52,374 nucleotides of DNA from a virus, in the IMG/VR virus record IMGVR_UViG_3300045988_166745. One strand, written 5' to 3'. The position numbers were made by a program, and so were the translations under genes. Position 1 is the stretch's first letter; each line of letters starts with the position of its first letter. The notes under the pieces are model-generated. The model had not been told where the DNA came from and made no database searches. It worked only from the letters and a program-made list of their open reading frames with translations. Positions 7,633 to 14,578 of this stretch are shown here, in pieces.

Positions 7633-9000
7633 ATGGCATTTTCCTATGGATTTTTTAACGCACAAAACCTTGACCGGGTGTATACCGCAGAGGATTTTAC
7701 TGCATATCTGTCCAGTTTGATTTGCAATGGGATTCTGGATACATACCGGCAGTGCTTTGCACCAACAGTCAAAAATTTATCCGTTACATTCGGCACGGGC
7801 AAGGCGTGGATCGATGGACACTATTTTATCAGTGATACCCTGCATACCATCGACCTTTCTTCTTATGTAGATGAATCTCTGAATCGTTATGTAGCGATCG
7901 GAATCTACTGTGATCGTTCCACTCGTACCTGTGGGATTCGTGTTCTGGCAGGTACAGCAGCCACCAGTCCAAACATTCCCGCCTTTACCAACAACAATGT
8001 GACGACTTATCTGACTTTAGCAGTTGTAAGACTGCGTGCCGGAACGACAGCTATTCTGGATTCCGATCTGACAGACTGCCGTGCGGACGAGAGCAAATGC
8101 GGTTACTGTAAGTGCATCCTTGGCAAGTGCAGAGTGACGGAGATGCTTGCCGAAATGGCAAAGACAAATGCCACACTGGACGAACTGCAAAAGCGTTTGG
8201 ATGCAATGAACAGTCAGATCTCCGAACTGCAAACCAAGGTGAATGATCTGACTGGCGGAGAAGTTCTTAAAACTGGACAGTGCGGTGAAAATATCTACTA
8301 TGTTCTCTATGCCAATGGGAAATTGCTGCTGCGTGGCACAGGTGCAACCTACGACTATACTTCTCATGATTCTGTGTTCTATCAAAACGATCAGATCAAG
8401 GAAATCGTGCTTAGCAATGGCATTACCAGCTTGGGCGATCGCCTGTTCTATCATTGTGCCAATGCGAAAACGGTATCTCTTCCAGCTACACTGACCAGCA
8501 TTGGGGATGCCGCTTTTGCACAGGAAGATGCTGCAATCGGCTATACCGCTGGTCTGACTTCCGTTACGATTCCGCAGGCTGTTACTGCAATTCAGTCGTT
8601 TGCATTTCAGCACACTGCCATTGCAGAAGTTACTGTGCCTGCCAGCGTGAAAACGTGGGGAAAGTATGCTTTTAGCGGCTGTGCAAAGCTGAAGACTGCT
8701 CGTGTTGCGTGTGATTCCATTGGTGCTTTTGCGTTTACAAGATGTACAGCATTGTCCAGCCTTACCATTTCTGCGAATTGCGGAACCTTTGGGGAAAATA
8801 TGCTGACATACTGTGAAAGTCTAACAGTCATCACATATGAAGGGACGATTGCTCAGTGGAACGCCATCACCAAACCGGTCAACTGGATGTCCTCCGGAGA
8901 ACATTCCTACAACAATTATCTGAAAAAGATCCAGTGTGTAGATGGCTATCTGGAATATGATACGGAAACCCATACATGGAACGAGGTGAAAAACGGATGA
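7633..9000 (+). CDS. Tail fibre/receptor-binding protein with a C-terminal BspA-type leucine-rich repeat domain
   Basis: Conserved fibre N-terminus (YGFFNAQNLDRVYTAEDFTAYLSSLICNGI), a coiled coil (LDELQKRLDAMNSQISELQTKVNDL), then repeats such as ITSLGDRLFYHCANAKTVSLPATLTSIGDAAFA and VTIPQAVTAIQSFAFQHTAIAEVTVPASVKTWGKYAFSGCAKL. Confidence 0.75.
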   Translation: MAFSYGFFNAQNLDRVYTAEDFTAYLSSLICNGILDTYRQCFAPTVKNLSVTFGTGKAWIDGHYFISDTLHTIDLSSYVDESLNRYVAIGIYCDRSTRTCGIRVLAGTAATSPNIPAFTNNNVTTYLTLAVVRLRAGTTAILDSDLTDCRADESKCGYCKCILGKCRVTEMLAEMAKTNATLDELQKRLDAMNSQISELQTKVNDLTGGEVLKTGQCGENIYYVLYANGKLLLRGTGATYDYTSHDSVFYQNDQIKEIVLSNGITSLGDRLFYHCANAKTVSLPATLTSIGDAAFAQEDAAIGYTAGLTSVTIPQAVTAIQSFAFQHTAIAEVTVPASVKTWGKYAFSGCAKLKTARVACDSIGAFAFTRCTALSSLTISANCGTFGENMLTYCESLTVITYEGTIAQWNAITKPVNWMSSGEHSYNNYLKKIQCVDGYLEYDTETHTWNEVKNG

Positions 9001-10301
9001 TGAAATTCTTAGTGAAACAGCAAAAAATCGAAGCACTGGAGCGAGAGGTTATTGCTTCTGACCAGATCGCATTTGTTTCGGTAAAGTTTGTGTTCGATGG
9101 GGCTTGGAAAACGCTGCACAAAGTGGTGCAGTTCACGCAGTGCGAAGAAACATATAATTTGGTGCTTGGCACAGAGGGAACGACCTGCTTGCTGCCGTCT
9201 GAGCTGCATCCCGGTGCGGTAAAGATGAGTTTGTTTGGCTACGATGCGGAAAGTGATACTACACTGCGTGCGACAACCGTCCCTGTCACACTGCATATTC
9301 GGCCATCCGGTTTTGTGGAGGATGGTGCAGCACCCATTCCGCCTACGCCGGATCTGTATACGCAGCTTTTGAAAAAACTGGATGAAAAGGCTGCTGGACT
9401 TCAAAATGGAAAAGATGGATTTTCCCCAAAAGTGAAAGCAGAGCAAATGGAGTCTGGTGTTGTAATTACCATTGTCAATGCCGATGGTGAAACTTCTGCA
9501 ACGCTTTATAATGGTGCAAACGGAGAAAAAGGGACAGACGGTAAATCTGCCTATGAAGTCGCCTTGCAGAACGGATTTACCGGAACAGAAGCAGACTGGC
9601 TGACATCCTTAAAGGGACAAAAAGGCGATACAGGAGCGAAAGGCGAACGTGGTGAGAAAGGCGAACCCGGAGAAAAAGGAGAACGAGGTGAAAAGGGCGA
9701 CCCTGGCGAAAAAGGAGAAAAAGGCGACACTGGAACACCCGGCAAGGACGGTGTAAACGGAAAAGACGGAACAAATGGGGCTGACGGAAAAAACGGTGCA
9801 GACGGTTACTCCCCAACAGCAACCGTTACAGAAACAGACGTCGGGGCTGTTATCTCTATTACCGATAAAAACGGAACAACGACAGCAACCATCAAAAATG
9901 GAACAAGCGGAGAGTCTGCCTCTTGGGGCGATTATACGCCGGGATGTGAAGAGGGTGAATCAGCGAAATACTGCACCGCAAAGCTGGTTACAGTAACGGG
10001 TAAGCAGACATGGCAGGTATTGCCGTCCATCAGTACCGTATCTCACAACGCTCTGGATATTGTGCCAGACGGGCTGTTTGTGCTGGATTTGTCGCCGGAT
10101 GTGGATGCACTGAAAGATTCTGCACATACACACGACAATAAAGCTTTTTTAGATGGCATTGAGGCTTACTTAAACAGCACGTACTCAAAAGTAACGGCAG
10201 AGCGAGAGGCAGCGGACAACGACCTCGCAACCCGTATCAAAGCCTTAGAGGACAGTGTTGGCGATATATCCACGGTGCTTGCAACGATGGTGGAGGTGTA
10301 A
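8997..10301 (+). CDS. Collagen-like repeat tail fibre protein
   Basis: ATGA start-stop overlap with the preceding gene. A long Gly-X-Y tract GQKGDTGAKGERGEKGEPGEKGERGEKGDPGEKGEKGDTGTPGKDGVNGKDGTNGADGKNGADG and a C-terminal coiled coil. Confidence 0.85.
   Translation: MMKFLVKQQKIEALEREVIASDQIAFVSVKFVFDGAWKTLHKVVQFTQCEETYNLVLGTEGTTCLLPSELHPGAVKMSLFGYDAESDTTLRATTVPVTLHIRPSGFVEDGAAPIPPTPDLYTQLLKKLDEKAAGLQNGKDGFSPKVKAEQMESGVVITIVNADGETSATLYNGANGEKGTDGKSAYEVALQNGFTGTEADWLTSLKGQKGDTGAKGERGEKGEPGEKGERGEKGDPGEKGEKGDTGTPGKDGVNGKDGTNGADGKNGADGYSPTATVTETDVGAVISITDKNGTTTATIKNGTSGESASWGDYTPGCEEGESAKYCTAKLVTVTGKQTWQVLPSISTVSHNALDIVPDGLFVLDLSPDVDALKDSAHTHDNKAFLDGIEAYLNSTYSKVTAEREAADNDLATRIKALEDSVGDISTVLATMVEV
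9615..9806 (+). repeat. Gly-X-Y (collagen-like) tandem triplet repeats, coding
   Basis: About 64 consecutive G-X-Y triplets. The DNA shows reiterated ggngaaaaaggnga units. Confidence 0.9.
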
Positions 10302-10302
10302 C

Positions 10303-10938
10303 ATGGCGGTGACAATTACAGAGCAGCTGACAAAACTAAACCAACTGCGGCAGCAGCTTGCAGCGAATCTGACCACAAAGGGCGTGACGGTAACAGCCAC
10401 AGAAAAATTTAATACACTCGTGCCGAAGGTTCTTGCGATTTCCGGCGGTGAATCTCCCACCACAACCGTGTTATATGATGCAACCCATCGGGACAAGGTA
10501 TCTTTACTTTACAACGGTACGATTTACAGCGTGGCAGACTTTACCGCCCTGCATGCAGATTTTTGCAGTGCGAAGAACAACTACGCTCTGAACTATGGAA
10601 CAACCGTTTTTGGATGGGATTATAGCTGCTATACCTGTTGCACGCTGCCGATCAGCGTGACCGCATCCACGCAAATTGCAATTCGGTTTTTGTCCGGCAG
10701 CACCGAAGTTGGCATTCTGCGACTGGTACAGTCCGACAGCGGCACGGCTGCGGACATCCTTGCCAAGGCACAGGCAGAGGGCAGTTATATTGATTTGCCC
10801 TTGCAGTGGTTGCAAAATACCGAATATGTCACCACATTGACACCGTGCGAGGGCGTAAATGCTGGTACTTACTACTTAGTTTGGGTCGGACGGAGCAACA
10901 ACAGTAAGCCGCTGATTCAATCAATTTCGTTACTTTAA
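10303..10938 (+). CDS. Tail fibre-associated protein (function unknown)
   Basis: Start ATG 10303 after GGAGGTG. N-terminus ITEQLTKLNQLRQQLAANLTTKGVTVTATEKFNTLVPKVLAI is a motif common at the N-termini of gut-phage fibre proteins (recalled). Confidence 0.6.
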   Translation: MAVTITEQLTKLNQLRQQLAANLTTKGVTVTATEKFNTLVPKVLAISGGESPTTTVLYDATHRDKVSLLYNGTIYSVADFTALHADFCSAKNNYALNYGTTVFGWDYSCYTCCTLPISVTASTQIAIRFLSGSTEVGILRLVQSDSGTAADILAKAQAEGSYIDLPLQWLQNTEYVTTLTPCEGVNAGTYYLVWVGRSNNSKPLIQSISLL

Positions 10939-10950
10939 GGAGATGATACA

Positions 10951-11175
10951 ATGAACATTATTGAAGCCGTAGAATCATTAAAACAGGGAAAAGCCATCCA
11001 GCGGAGCGGCTGGGGCAATGCAAAAATTAAAGCCGTACCGCTTGAAAATGGACAGTATCAAATTTTTGCAAGTGGAGATTTGACCCCGGAAATGTTGGTA
11101 CTGCTTTCCGGCGATTATGATGTGAAAGAAGAGAAAGAAACGAATGATGTGAAAGAAACGGAGGAAGCTGTGTGA
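10951..11175 (+). CDS. DUF2829-like small protein (Tad2-like candidate)
   Basis: 74 aa. IIEAVESLKQGKAIQRSGWGN matches the DUF2829 N-terminal signature (eAlealkqGkkvrRkgW). An LLSGDYDV-like second motif and an acidic tail follow. AAGGAG RBS. Confidence 0.6.
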   Translation: MNIIEAVESLKQGKAIQRSGWGNAKIKAVPLENGQYQIFASGDLTPEMLVLLSGDYDVKEEKETNDVKETEEAV

Positions 11176-11495
11176 TTCAAGGAATTATCACGGTTGCAAT
11201 CTCTGTTCTGTCCGCAACTGGCATTCTGGGTATTGGCACACGAGCAATCTTATCTCGAATGAAAAAGCAGGACAGCCGTCAGAAAGCTTTGGAATACGGT
11301 GTACAGGCATTGCTGCGTGACCGGATGTTACACTGCTATAACAAGTACATTGAAGCCGGATTTGCACCCATCTATGCAAAAGAAAACTATGAAAATATGT
11401 ACCGGCAGTATCATGAACTCGGTGGCAACGGTGTGATGACACATCTGCACGAGGAATTCATGGCACTGCCAACCGAGAAAGGAGAAACCGTATGA
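11172..11495 (+). CDS. Membrane-anchored protein of the lysis cassette (function unknown)
   Basis: GTGA overlap with the upstream gene. N-terminal TM segment IITVAISVLSATGILGIG, then a soluble domain …LLRDRMLHCYNKYIEAGF…YHELGGNG. Confidence 0.55.
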   Translation: MIQGIITVAISVLSATGILGIGTRAILSRMKKQDSRQKALEYGVQALLRDRMLHCYNKYIEAGFAPIYAKENYENMYRQYHELGGNGVMTHLHEEFMALPTEKGETV

Positions 11496-11692
11496 AAAGA
11501 GATTGGAAACAGTGGACGAAAGCTGCTGTTATTCGGGCAATCAAAACCATTGCTCAGACAGCAATAGCGACCGTTGGTGTGGCAGCAACCATGCAGGATG
11601 TTAATTGGCTTGTAGTTGGCAGTACCGCACTTCTGGCGGGCATTTTATCTGTTCTGACCAGCGTGGCTGGATTACCTGAAATCAAGGAGTAG
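11492..11692 (+). CDS. Holin (phage r1t holin-like family)
   Basis: 66 aa with two hydrophobic helices (AVIRAIKTIAQTAIATVGVAA and LVVGSTALLAGILSVLTSVAG). ATGA overlap with the previous gene. Confidence 0.75.
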   Translation: MKRDWKQWTKAAVIRAIKTIAQTAIATVGVAATMQDVNWLVVGSTALLAGILSVLTSVAGLPEIKE

Positions 11693-11790
11693 TACTGCTG
11701 TTTGACAATTGAAAACGGTATTGCTATCGTACAAAAAGCAGCACTGAATTTGTGTACTCCGACAAATATCACACTTTCCAGAAAAAATCC

Positions 11791-11819
11791 TTGACTATAG
11801 GTTAAACCTATGGTATAAT
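11791..11819 (+). promoter_or_regulatory. Consensus promoter of cassette A, with a palindromic operator in the spacer
   Basis: TTGACT-17 nt-TATAAT. The spacer contains the perfect dyad ATAGGTT-A-AACCTAT. Confidence 0.75.
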
Positions 11820-11883
11820 GATTACAGTGGATTGGGAAACCACCCACGAATACCGGGCAAGCGGATATGGAAAGGAGGTATAT
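11820..11883 (+). promoter_or_regulatory. Conserved structured 5' leader of cassette A (paralogue at 17813-17876)
   Basis: The hairpin GUGG-AU-UGG-GAAA-CCA-C-CCAC is followed by the conserved GAAUACCGGGCAAG and GAAAGGAGG. The copy-B hairpin has compensatory changes (UAGG…CCUA). Confidence 0.5.
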
Positions 11884-12018
11884 ATGGAGGAAATGGGAAT
11901 GACGGATTTGCAGTTCAAATCCTTTATTATGCTTTTGATTAAGCAGTTAGAGGATGCGAAAACCGAGGCTGAAAAGCAAGCCATTATTGAACAGCTGAAA
12001 CAGATGCTTCAGGGCTAA
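11884..12018 (+). CDS. Small helical protein of cassette A (44 aa, unknown function)
   Basis: AAAGGAGG lies 7 nt upstream of the ATG. Sequence MEEMGMTDLQFKSFIMLLIKQLEDAKTEAEKQAIIEQLKQMLQG. Confidence 0.55.
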   Translation: MEEMGMTDLQFKSFIMLLIKQLEDAKTEAEKQAIIEQLKQMLQG

Positions 12019-12063
12019 AAGAAAAAGCCGACTGAAAAACAGCCGGCAACGGAAACACAGAAA

Positions 12064-12086
12064 GAGCGGACTTGCCACCGCTTTTT
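12064..12086 (+). terminator. Hairpin plus T-run ending cassette A
   Basis: AGCGG-acttgcca-CCGCT followed by TTTTT. The copy-B stem is GGCGG/CCGCC (covariation). Confidence 0.55.
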
Positions 12087-12150
12087 CGTGCTACAACAAT
12101 TATATCACGTTTTGCCCGAATTGGCAAGAAAAAATTTTAGGAGTGGTTTT

Positions 12151-12324
12151 TTGACACCCCAAGAAAAGTATGATAAGCAAAATACACGTTTCATTGGTTT
12201 GAAGCTGAATCGAAAAAGCGATAAGGATATTCTGGATGCCTTAGAGGGAAAAGCATTGCAGACGGAAATCAAACGCTTACTCCGAAAAGCTTTAGAAGCC
12301 GAAGAAAAAGAAGAAAAAGAATGA
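12151..12324 (+). CDS. Small ribbon-helix-helix-like protein (unknown function)
   Basis: TTG start 8 nt after AGGAG. LTPQEKYDKQNTRFIGLKLNRKSDKDILDALEG…IKRLLRKALE resembles small RHH/Arc-like proteins (recalled pattern). Confidence 0.45.
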   Translation: MTPQEKYDKQNTRFIGLKLNRKSDKDILDALEGKALQTEIKRLLRKALEAEEKEEKE

Positions 12325-12362
12325 AAAATGCGGTATGTCTGTTTTTGGCATACCGCATTTTT
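12324..12362. terminator. Bidirectional intrinsic terminator between convergent genes
   Basis: AAAAATGCGGTATG-loop-CATACCGCATTTTT. Confidence 0.8.
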
Positions 12363-12376
12363 CTATAGTAGTTGTT

Positions 12377-12589
12377 TTACTGATTTTCGGAATCTTCTCT
12401 ACACAGTTCATCCAGTGTAACACCGAGGGCAGTTGCAATACGGTTCAAATTCCCGATTGTGATATTTTCAAATTTGATGTAGTCGTTTTCGTAGTCGGTA
12501 ATTTTCTTATAGTGTACGCCGGAAAGAGCGGCTAACTCTTTTCGAGTAATGCCGTTCTGTTCCCGTATTCTCTTGATGTTATTCTGCAT
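12377..12589 (-). CDS. XRE-family helix-turn-helix protein, third gene of the hicAB locus
   Basis: MQNNIKRIREQNGITRKELAALSGVHYKKITDYEN… Overlaps the end of hicB by 11 nt. Confidence 0.8.
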   Translation of the reverse strand: MQNNIKRIREQNGITRKELAALSGVHYKKITDYENDYIKFENITIGNLNRIATALGVTLDELCREDSENQ

Positions 12590-12872
12590 TCGGCTCACAC
12601 TCCACGAGAGGATAATCGGTCGTATCACAAAGAATCAAGGTTGCAAAGCTGTCTGCATTTGTTTGAATTTCTTTGATCGGAGTAGCGACCGGAATTGGTT
12701 TCTTTTCCTTTTCTCTGAAACACAGCATCATTGCCAAGACATCAGATGCCATTTCCATTGCATTCACCAAAGAATTTCCGCACGTATAACAGTTTTCTAC
12801 ATCCGGAAAGTCAACCGAATAAGCGTTGTTTTTCTCTTTTGTGAAGATTGCAGGGTAAACGTATTTTGCCAT
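12579..12872 (-). CDS. hicB: HicB-family antitoxin (N-terminal domain only)
   Basis: MAKYVYPAIFTKEKNNAYSVDFPDVENCYTCGNSLVNAMEMASDVLAMML is a typical HicB fold signature. There is no C-terminal DNA-binding domain. Confidence 0.8.
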   Translation of the reverse strand: MAKYVYPAIFTKEKNNAYSVDFPDVENCYTCGNSLVNAMEMASDVLAMMLCFREKEKKPIPVATPIKEIQTNADSFATLILCDTTDYPLVECEPNAE

Positions 12873-12986
12873 TTTACCAGCTCCTTTTTGTTTTTGAATG
12901 GGGGTACAAATGCGGATTTGAAAAGTTGACAAGGAAAGCGAATGGTTCGCTTTCTTGCCATTTTGAAAACCCCGTAGGGTCGGGGC

Positions 12987-13172
12987 TTATTTCAGCCCCG
13001 CATCCTTCAGGATTTTGTTTGCGGTTCCGGTTGCGATTTCCTGTCCATCATGCCGCCCAACAGAAAATGCTGTTTCTGTTTTGGGGCTGTACCAGATTTC
13101 GTGGTTTCCGCCCTCTCGGATTTTGTAGCATCCGGCTTTGCGAAGTTTCTTTTTTAATTCGCCTGTCCGCAT
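12987..13172 (-). CDS. hicA: HicA-family mRNA interferase toxin
   Basis: 61 aa: MRTGELKKKLRKAGCYKIREGGNHEIWYSPKTETAFSVGRHDGQEIATGTANKILKDAGLK. Confidence 0.85.
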   Translation of the reverse strand: MRTGELKKKLRKAGCYKIREGGNHEIWYSPKTETAFSVGRHDGQEIATGTANKILKDAGLK

Positions 13173-13197
13173 TTGCTTTCCCCCTTTCTTTAGTTAC

Positions 13198-13226
13198 ATT
13201 ATACCACGTTTTCGTGGAAAAGTCAA
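13198..13226 (-). promoter_or_regulatory. Consensus promoter of hicA-hicB-xre, with a dyad operator
   Basis: The minus strand reads TTGACT-TTTCCACGAAAACGTGG-TATAAT (17-nt spacer). The spacer holds CCACG-AAAA-CGTGG. Confidence 0.75.
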
Positions 13227-13278
13227 GCGAATTTTCGATTTTTTCAAAATTATTTTTTGTAGAAGGGAGTCGTTTTAT

Positions 13279-14502
13279 ATGACAGTAAAGAGTTTTTCAG
13301 CAACGGACAACACCCAACTGACTGAGCACTTCAACGCTCGTGAATTTCGTTGTAAATGCGGTAAAAGCCATGACTTTTTGATTTCGGATGAATTGGTGAG
13401 CAAGCTGGAACAGCTGTACGCAGCATTAGACTGCGGCAAGATCATCGTCAACAGCGGCTACCGTTGTCCTGAGCATGATAAAGCGGTAGGCGGTACGAGT
13501 ACTGGGCAGCATACCAAAGGGACGGCGGCGGACGTGGTGTGCTATGACAAGTCCGGCAACATAATTTCAGCAAAGGCGGTGTGCTGTAAGGCTCAGGATT
13601 TGGGTTTCAGCGGCATTGCCAACATCACCAGTGCTTATACGGCGGTGCATCTGGATGTGCGAACAGGGGCAAAATGGTATGGTGATGAAACCAAAGGCAC
13701 AAACACGGTGACAAGCGATTTCTACCGCTATTTCGGCATTGCAAAAGCACAGCCGCAACCATCTGAAATTGTGGCAAAAGGGATTGATGTTTCCAAGCAT
13801 CAGGGCGTAATCAACTGGGAAAAAGTCAAAGCATCCGGGCAGGTGGATTTTGCGATTTTACGGGCAGGTTTCGGGAAAGAATCCAGTCAGATTGATGTGC
13901 AGTTTGAACGGAACTACAGCGAATGTAAACGGCTTGGAATCCCTGTCGGGGCATACTGGTATAGCTACGCCAAAACTGCCACAGAAGCGGAGCAGGAGGC
14001 TGCTGTGTGCCTGTCTGCTCTGGCAGGAAAACAGTTCGAGTATCCTATTGCTTTTGACATCGAAGAACAGGCAAGCCTGCAAAATGCAGATGCACTTTGT
14101 CAGGCGTTTTGCAGTGCGTTGGAATCTGCCGGGTATTATGCGGCAATTTATACGTTCAAGTCGGCTCTGGAAAGCTGTATCGGGGACGATATAAAGAGCC
14201 GGTATGACGTGTTTCTGTCTCATGTGGATGTGAGCAGATCGTCCTATGCCGGGAATTATGGGCTGTGGCAGTACAGCTGGAAAGGCAGCGTTTCCGGTAT
14301 TGTCGGCGAGGTGGATCTGGACTATGCGTATCAGGATTATCCGGCGATTATCAAGACTGCTGGGCTGAATGGATTTGCAAAAAGTGCAACAACCACTACA
14401 GACAAGCCGAATGAGAACACGAAAAAAGATACCAGTGATGATGACACTCTCAAGCAGATCTTGCAGCACGTTGCCAGTATTGACGAGAAATTGAACGGAT
14501 AA
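13279..14502 (+). CDS. Bifunctional endolysin: M15-type zinc peptidase plus GH25 muramidase
   Basis: Start ATG 13279 after GGGAG. N-terminal part: FNAREFRCKCG…VNSGYRCPEHDKAVGGTSTGQHTKGTAADV. Central part: GIDVSKHQGVINWEKVKASGQVDFAILRAGFG…GAYWYSYA. Confidence 0.85.
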   Translation: MTVKSFSATDNTQLTEHFNAREFRCKCGKSHDFLISDELVSKLEQLYAALDCGKIIVNSGYRCPEHDKAVGGTSTGQHTKGTAADVVCYDKSGNIISAKAVCCKAQDLGFSGIANITSAYTAVHLDVRTGAKWYGDETKGTNTVTSDFYRYFGIAKAQPQPSEIVAKGIDVSKHQGVINWEKVKASGQVDFAILRAGFGKESSQIDVQFERNYSECKRLGIPVGAYWYSYAKTATEAEQEAAVCLSALAGKQFEYPIAFDIEEQASLQNADALCQAFCSALESAGYYAAIYTFKSALESCIGDDIKSRYDVFLSHVDVSRSSYAGNYGLWQYSWKGSVSGIVGEVDLDYAYQDYPAIIKTAGLNGFAKSATTTTDKPNENTKKDTSDDDTLKQILQHVASIDEKLNG

Positions 14503-14532
14503 AACAGCGGTTAAATTTCGTTTATAGGTAGC

Positions 14533-14570
14533 AAAAAACGCTCTTGAATGTGGGGTTCAGGAGCGCTTTT
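14533..14570. terminator. Bidirectional terminator between the endolysin and the minus-strand island
   Basis: GCTCTTGAA-tgtgggg-TTCAGGAGC flanked by an A-run and a T-run. Confidence 0.7.
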
Positions 14571-14578
14571 GCTAAAAT

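Noticed and set aside
7633-10938. A diversity-generating retroelement targeting the fibre genes
   Set aside because: No reverse transcriptase gene and no template/variable repeat pair was seen anywhere in the genome.
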